Assembly: GCA_963842945.1 (NCBI GenBank)
Contig: CAWJIM010000002.1
Location: forward strand, 297,431 to 361,430
DNA: 64,000 nt
Origin: an uncultured Gemmatimonadales bacterium
Lineage (GTDB): Bacteria > Gemmatimonadota > Gemmatimonadetes > Gemmatimonadales > GWC2-71-9
Direction of reading: 5' to 3'
This document shows positions 61,446-64,000 of the stretch, piece after piece. The notes beneath the pieces are model-generated. The model saw only the letters and a list, made by a program, of their open reading frames with translations. It was not told the DNA's origin and made no database searches. Numbering within the stretch: position 1 is the stretch's first letter; each line of letters starts with the position of its first letter. A program made the translations under genes and the position numbers.

Positions 61446-62486
61446 CGCTCCGGGTCTGCAGCAGATGCCGTACGATGAGGTCACCGTGGCCGCGGGCGTT
61501 TTCGATGAATAGCCGATTGGCATCGTTGCCACTGGCGATGACGCCGGCGAGATAGCAACCCGCCACCGGCGTGGCCATGCTGGTCTCGTCGTGCGCCGGC
61601 ACGCCGGTGGATGGGTCGACCGGAACCCCGATCTTCTGCAACAAGCTGGTATCCGCGTGGTAGCCGGTCATGGCCAGTACTGCGTCGGCCGGAAGCATCT
61701 CACTCGCGCCGGTGACCTCTGATCTCACTTCCACGTGGGTCGGGGTGATCCGACGGAGCCGGGAATGCCAGCGAACGGCGATGCTGCTCTCCTTGACCCG
61801 GTTGACGATGTCAGGCAGGACCCACGCCTTGACGGTGCGATCGAAGCCCTCACCAAAGTGCACCAGGGTCACGGTAGCACCCGCGCGCCAGCACTCCAGA
61901 GCGGCGTCTACGCTGCTGTTCCCCGCCCCGATCACGATGACCTGCTGATGCCAGTAGGTGTGTCCCTCGACGAAATAATGGGTGACGTGGGGAAGATCTT
62001 CTCCTGGAATGCCCAGGAAATTCGGATTGTCGTAGTATCCCGTCGCGAACACGACCGACTGCGCGTGGTACGTCATTCGATCGTGCCGCCGCTGCACCTC
62101 GACCCGAAACCGGCCGTTGCCGGCGGCCCGTCCCGGGCCTCGACGTCGACGACGTCCTCGCCCGGGCGAATGTCGAGGTTGTAGTGCTCCGCGACCCGCC
62201 GGTAATAGATCAGGCCGTCACGGCGGTTGGGCTTCTCGTGGCTGGCGATGAAAGGGACCCCGCCAATTTCGATCCGCTCGGGGGTGGAGAAGAAGGTCAT
62301 GCTGAGCGGGTAGCGCTCGACGGTGGATACGATCGTACGCCGGTCGAGCAGCACGCAGGAAATACCCGCCTGCTTCGCGGCCACGCCCACCGCTAGCCCG
62401 CAAGGCCCCGCTCCTATGACCAGCAGGTCGGTCCGCTCCGGCACCTCCTGCCCCGCTTCCCTGCTATTCATCTGCCCTGCCTCCAT
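61393..62486 (-). CDS. ypdA: YpdA-family FAD oxidoreductase (putative bacillithiol disulfide reductase), frameshifted
   Basis: IGAGPCGL, YPLSMTFFST, IEIGGVPF, ATGYYDNPN, FIENARGHG. Confidence 0.88.
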
Positions 62487-63767
62487 CAGACCTCGATGAT
62501 CTGGTCCCGCCTGGTTCCCACACTCACATAGCGCACCGGAACCCCCGAGAGCTCCTGCAGACGGTCCAGATAGGACCGTGCAGCATGGGGAAGGTCGGCC
62601 AGCTTGCGGGCGGTGCCGGTGGGCTGTTGCCAGCCGGGATGGCTCTCGTAGACCGGCTCGACCCGACCGAGCGCCTCGACTTCAGCCGGCATCTCCTCGC
62701 ACGGTTCACCGTCCAGCCGGTACATGGTCCCAACCGGGATCTCGGCGAAGGTATCGAGCACGTCGAGCTTGGTCACGGCCAGCCCGGTGAGTCCGTTGAC
62801 TCGGGTTGCATAGCGCACCACCGTGGCGTCGAACCAGCCGCAGCGCCTGGGCCGCCCGGTGACCGCGCCAAATTCGCCTCCCAGCTCCCGCAAGCGCTGT
62901 TCGTAGGGAGCTTCGGCTTCGGTGGGAAGGGGTCCGTTGCCCACTCGCGTGGTATATGCCTTGACCACGCCGAGCACGCCGTCGATGGCGGTGGGTCCGA
63001 TGCCCGCACCAACCGCGGCCCCGCCCGCGGTCGTGTTGGACGAGGTGACATAGGGATACGTACCGTGATCTACGTCGAGCAGCGCCCCCTGGGCTCCCTC
63101 CAGCAGAACGCGACGGTCGGTCCTTTATGGCGCGGTGCAGGAGCAGCCCAGCATCGGCCGCCAGAGGCAGCAATCGGGGGGCCAGCCGTTCCAGCAGTCG
63201 GACGTGCTCATCCAGATCGGCCCGCTCGTTACTCTCCATCAATTGCAGCAGCTGGTTGGCGCGATGGACCCGGTCCGACAGGAGCATGCGCGCGCACTCG
63301 ACCCGGCGAAGATCGGTGACCCTGATGCCGCGGCGTCCATACTTGTCCTCATACGCCGGGCCGATCCCGCGGCCGGTGGTGCCGAGCTTCTGGCTCTTCT
63401 CACTCGCGGCGTCGAGCAGCTTGTGATAGGGCAGGACCAGATGGGCGCGATCGGAGATGAACAGTCTGCCGGAGGTATCGATCCCGCGCTGGTGCAAGCT
63501 GTCGAGCTCGGCAAACAGGTTTTCCGGCTCCAGGACGACCCCGTTGCCGATCAGGCAGGTGACTCCGGGGTGCAAGATCCCTGAGGGTATCTGCCGCAGG
63601 ATGAACTGGGTATCCCCAATGACCACGGTATGCCCGGCGTTCGCCCCGCCCTGGTAGCGCACCACCAGGTCGGCGCGCTCTGCCAGGACGTCCACCAGCT
63701 TGCCCTTCCCTTCGTCGCCCCACTGTGCTCCGACGACCACGATGCAGGTGGTCTTCGCATCGAACAT
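62486..63767 (-). CDS. purA: Adenylosuccinate synthetase (one frameshift)
   Basis: [47 protein letters not shown]. Confidence 0.97.
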
Positions 63768-63783
63768 GTCGGCTCCGCGGCTG

Positions 63784-63812
63784 AAACAACAAAAGAGCCC
63801 CTCGCGGGGCTC
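63784..63812 (-). terminator. Intrinsic terminator-like hairpin in the purA leader
   Basis: GAGCCCC-GCGA-GGGGCTC followed by TTTTGTTGTTT on minus strand. Confidence 0.7.
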
Positions 63813-63827
63813 CTGCGTCCTCGGCCA

Positions 63828-63856
63828 AACCTACCTGCCAGCTGATCAAAGGTCAA
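63828..63856 (-). promoter_or_regulatory. Putative sigma70 promoter of purA
   Basis: TTGACC-17 nt-TAGGTT. Confidence 0.55.
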
Positions 63857-64000
63857 TTTGCACAACCGCCCCGCCGACCTGCTCCGCCAGCTCCAACGAG
63901 AGTCCATCCGCGGTGTCCGCCGGTGTGTGAATCCGACGAAGGGTGTTCCAGGTAAGCCGGCCAATGGTCATGGCGGCGCCACCGGTCCGGCTCAGGGGGG
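63846..64000 (-). CDS. 3' end of a gene, possibly M28-family peptidase
   Basis: Translates ...AMTIGRLTWNTLRRIHTPADTADGLSLELAEQVG...; IHTPAD resembles the M28 C-terminal His motif. Confidence 0.45.
   Translation of the reverse strand, partial: PLSRTGGAAMTIGRLTWNTLRRIHTPADTADGLSLELAEQVGGAVVQIDL

Overview
GC-rich bacterial chromosomal segment of about 55 mostly minus-strand housekeeping genes. Gene content and order (recR-mglB-mglA, GWxTD protein, B12-type RNR, glyQS, ypdA) suggest Gemmatimonadota; this is an inference. Many essential genes are split across frames, most densely in 1-35 kb, which looks like long-read indel error, so coordinates given for split genes are reconstructed spans. Main blocks: mnmA; dnaJ-grpE; ffs-dnaX-ybaB-recR-orf-mglB-mglA-pgsA-cinA; pyk-MBL-pgi and fba; ispG plus an exported thiol-peroxidase relay; nrdJ; a cell-envelope region (Ser/Thr kinase-PEGA-TonB_C, GWxTD-like protein, amidase, PP2C, ampG, nagZ, anmK, murQ, ggt); fur/ccdA; a TonB-dependent receptor; glyQS-propeller-orf-ubiquitin-like-HDAC-epimerase-priA; a HEAT-repeat/HD-GYP pair; ypdA-purA. 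No phage, IS, CRISPR, tRNA or rRNA was seen. Best novelty candidates: a stand-alone ubiquitin-fold protein in a coupled gene run with a deacetylase; a HEAT/HD-GYP pair sharing an N-terminal Y-x-x-x-H-P domain; a kinase with a TonB-like C-terminus near peptidoglycan recycling genes; an SRP RNA lacking the GNRA tetraloop; a terminator-like hairpin in the purA leader; and inverted 7-8-nt tandem-repeat hairpins.
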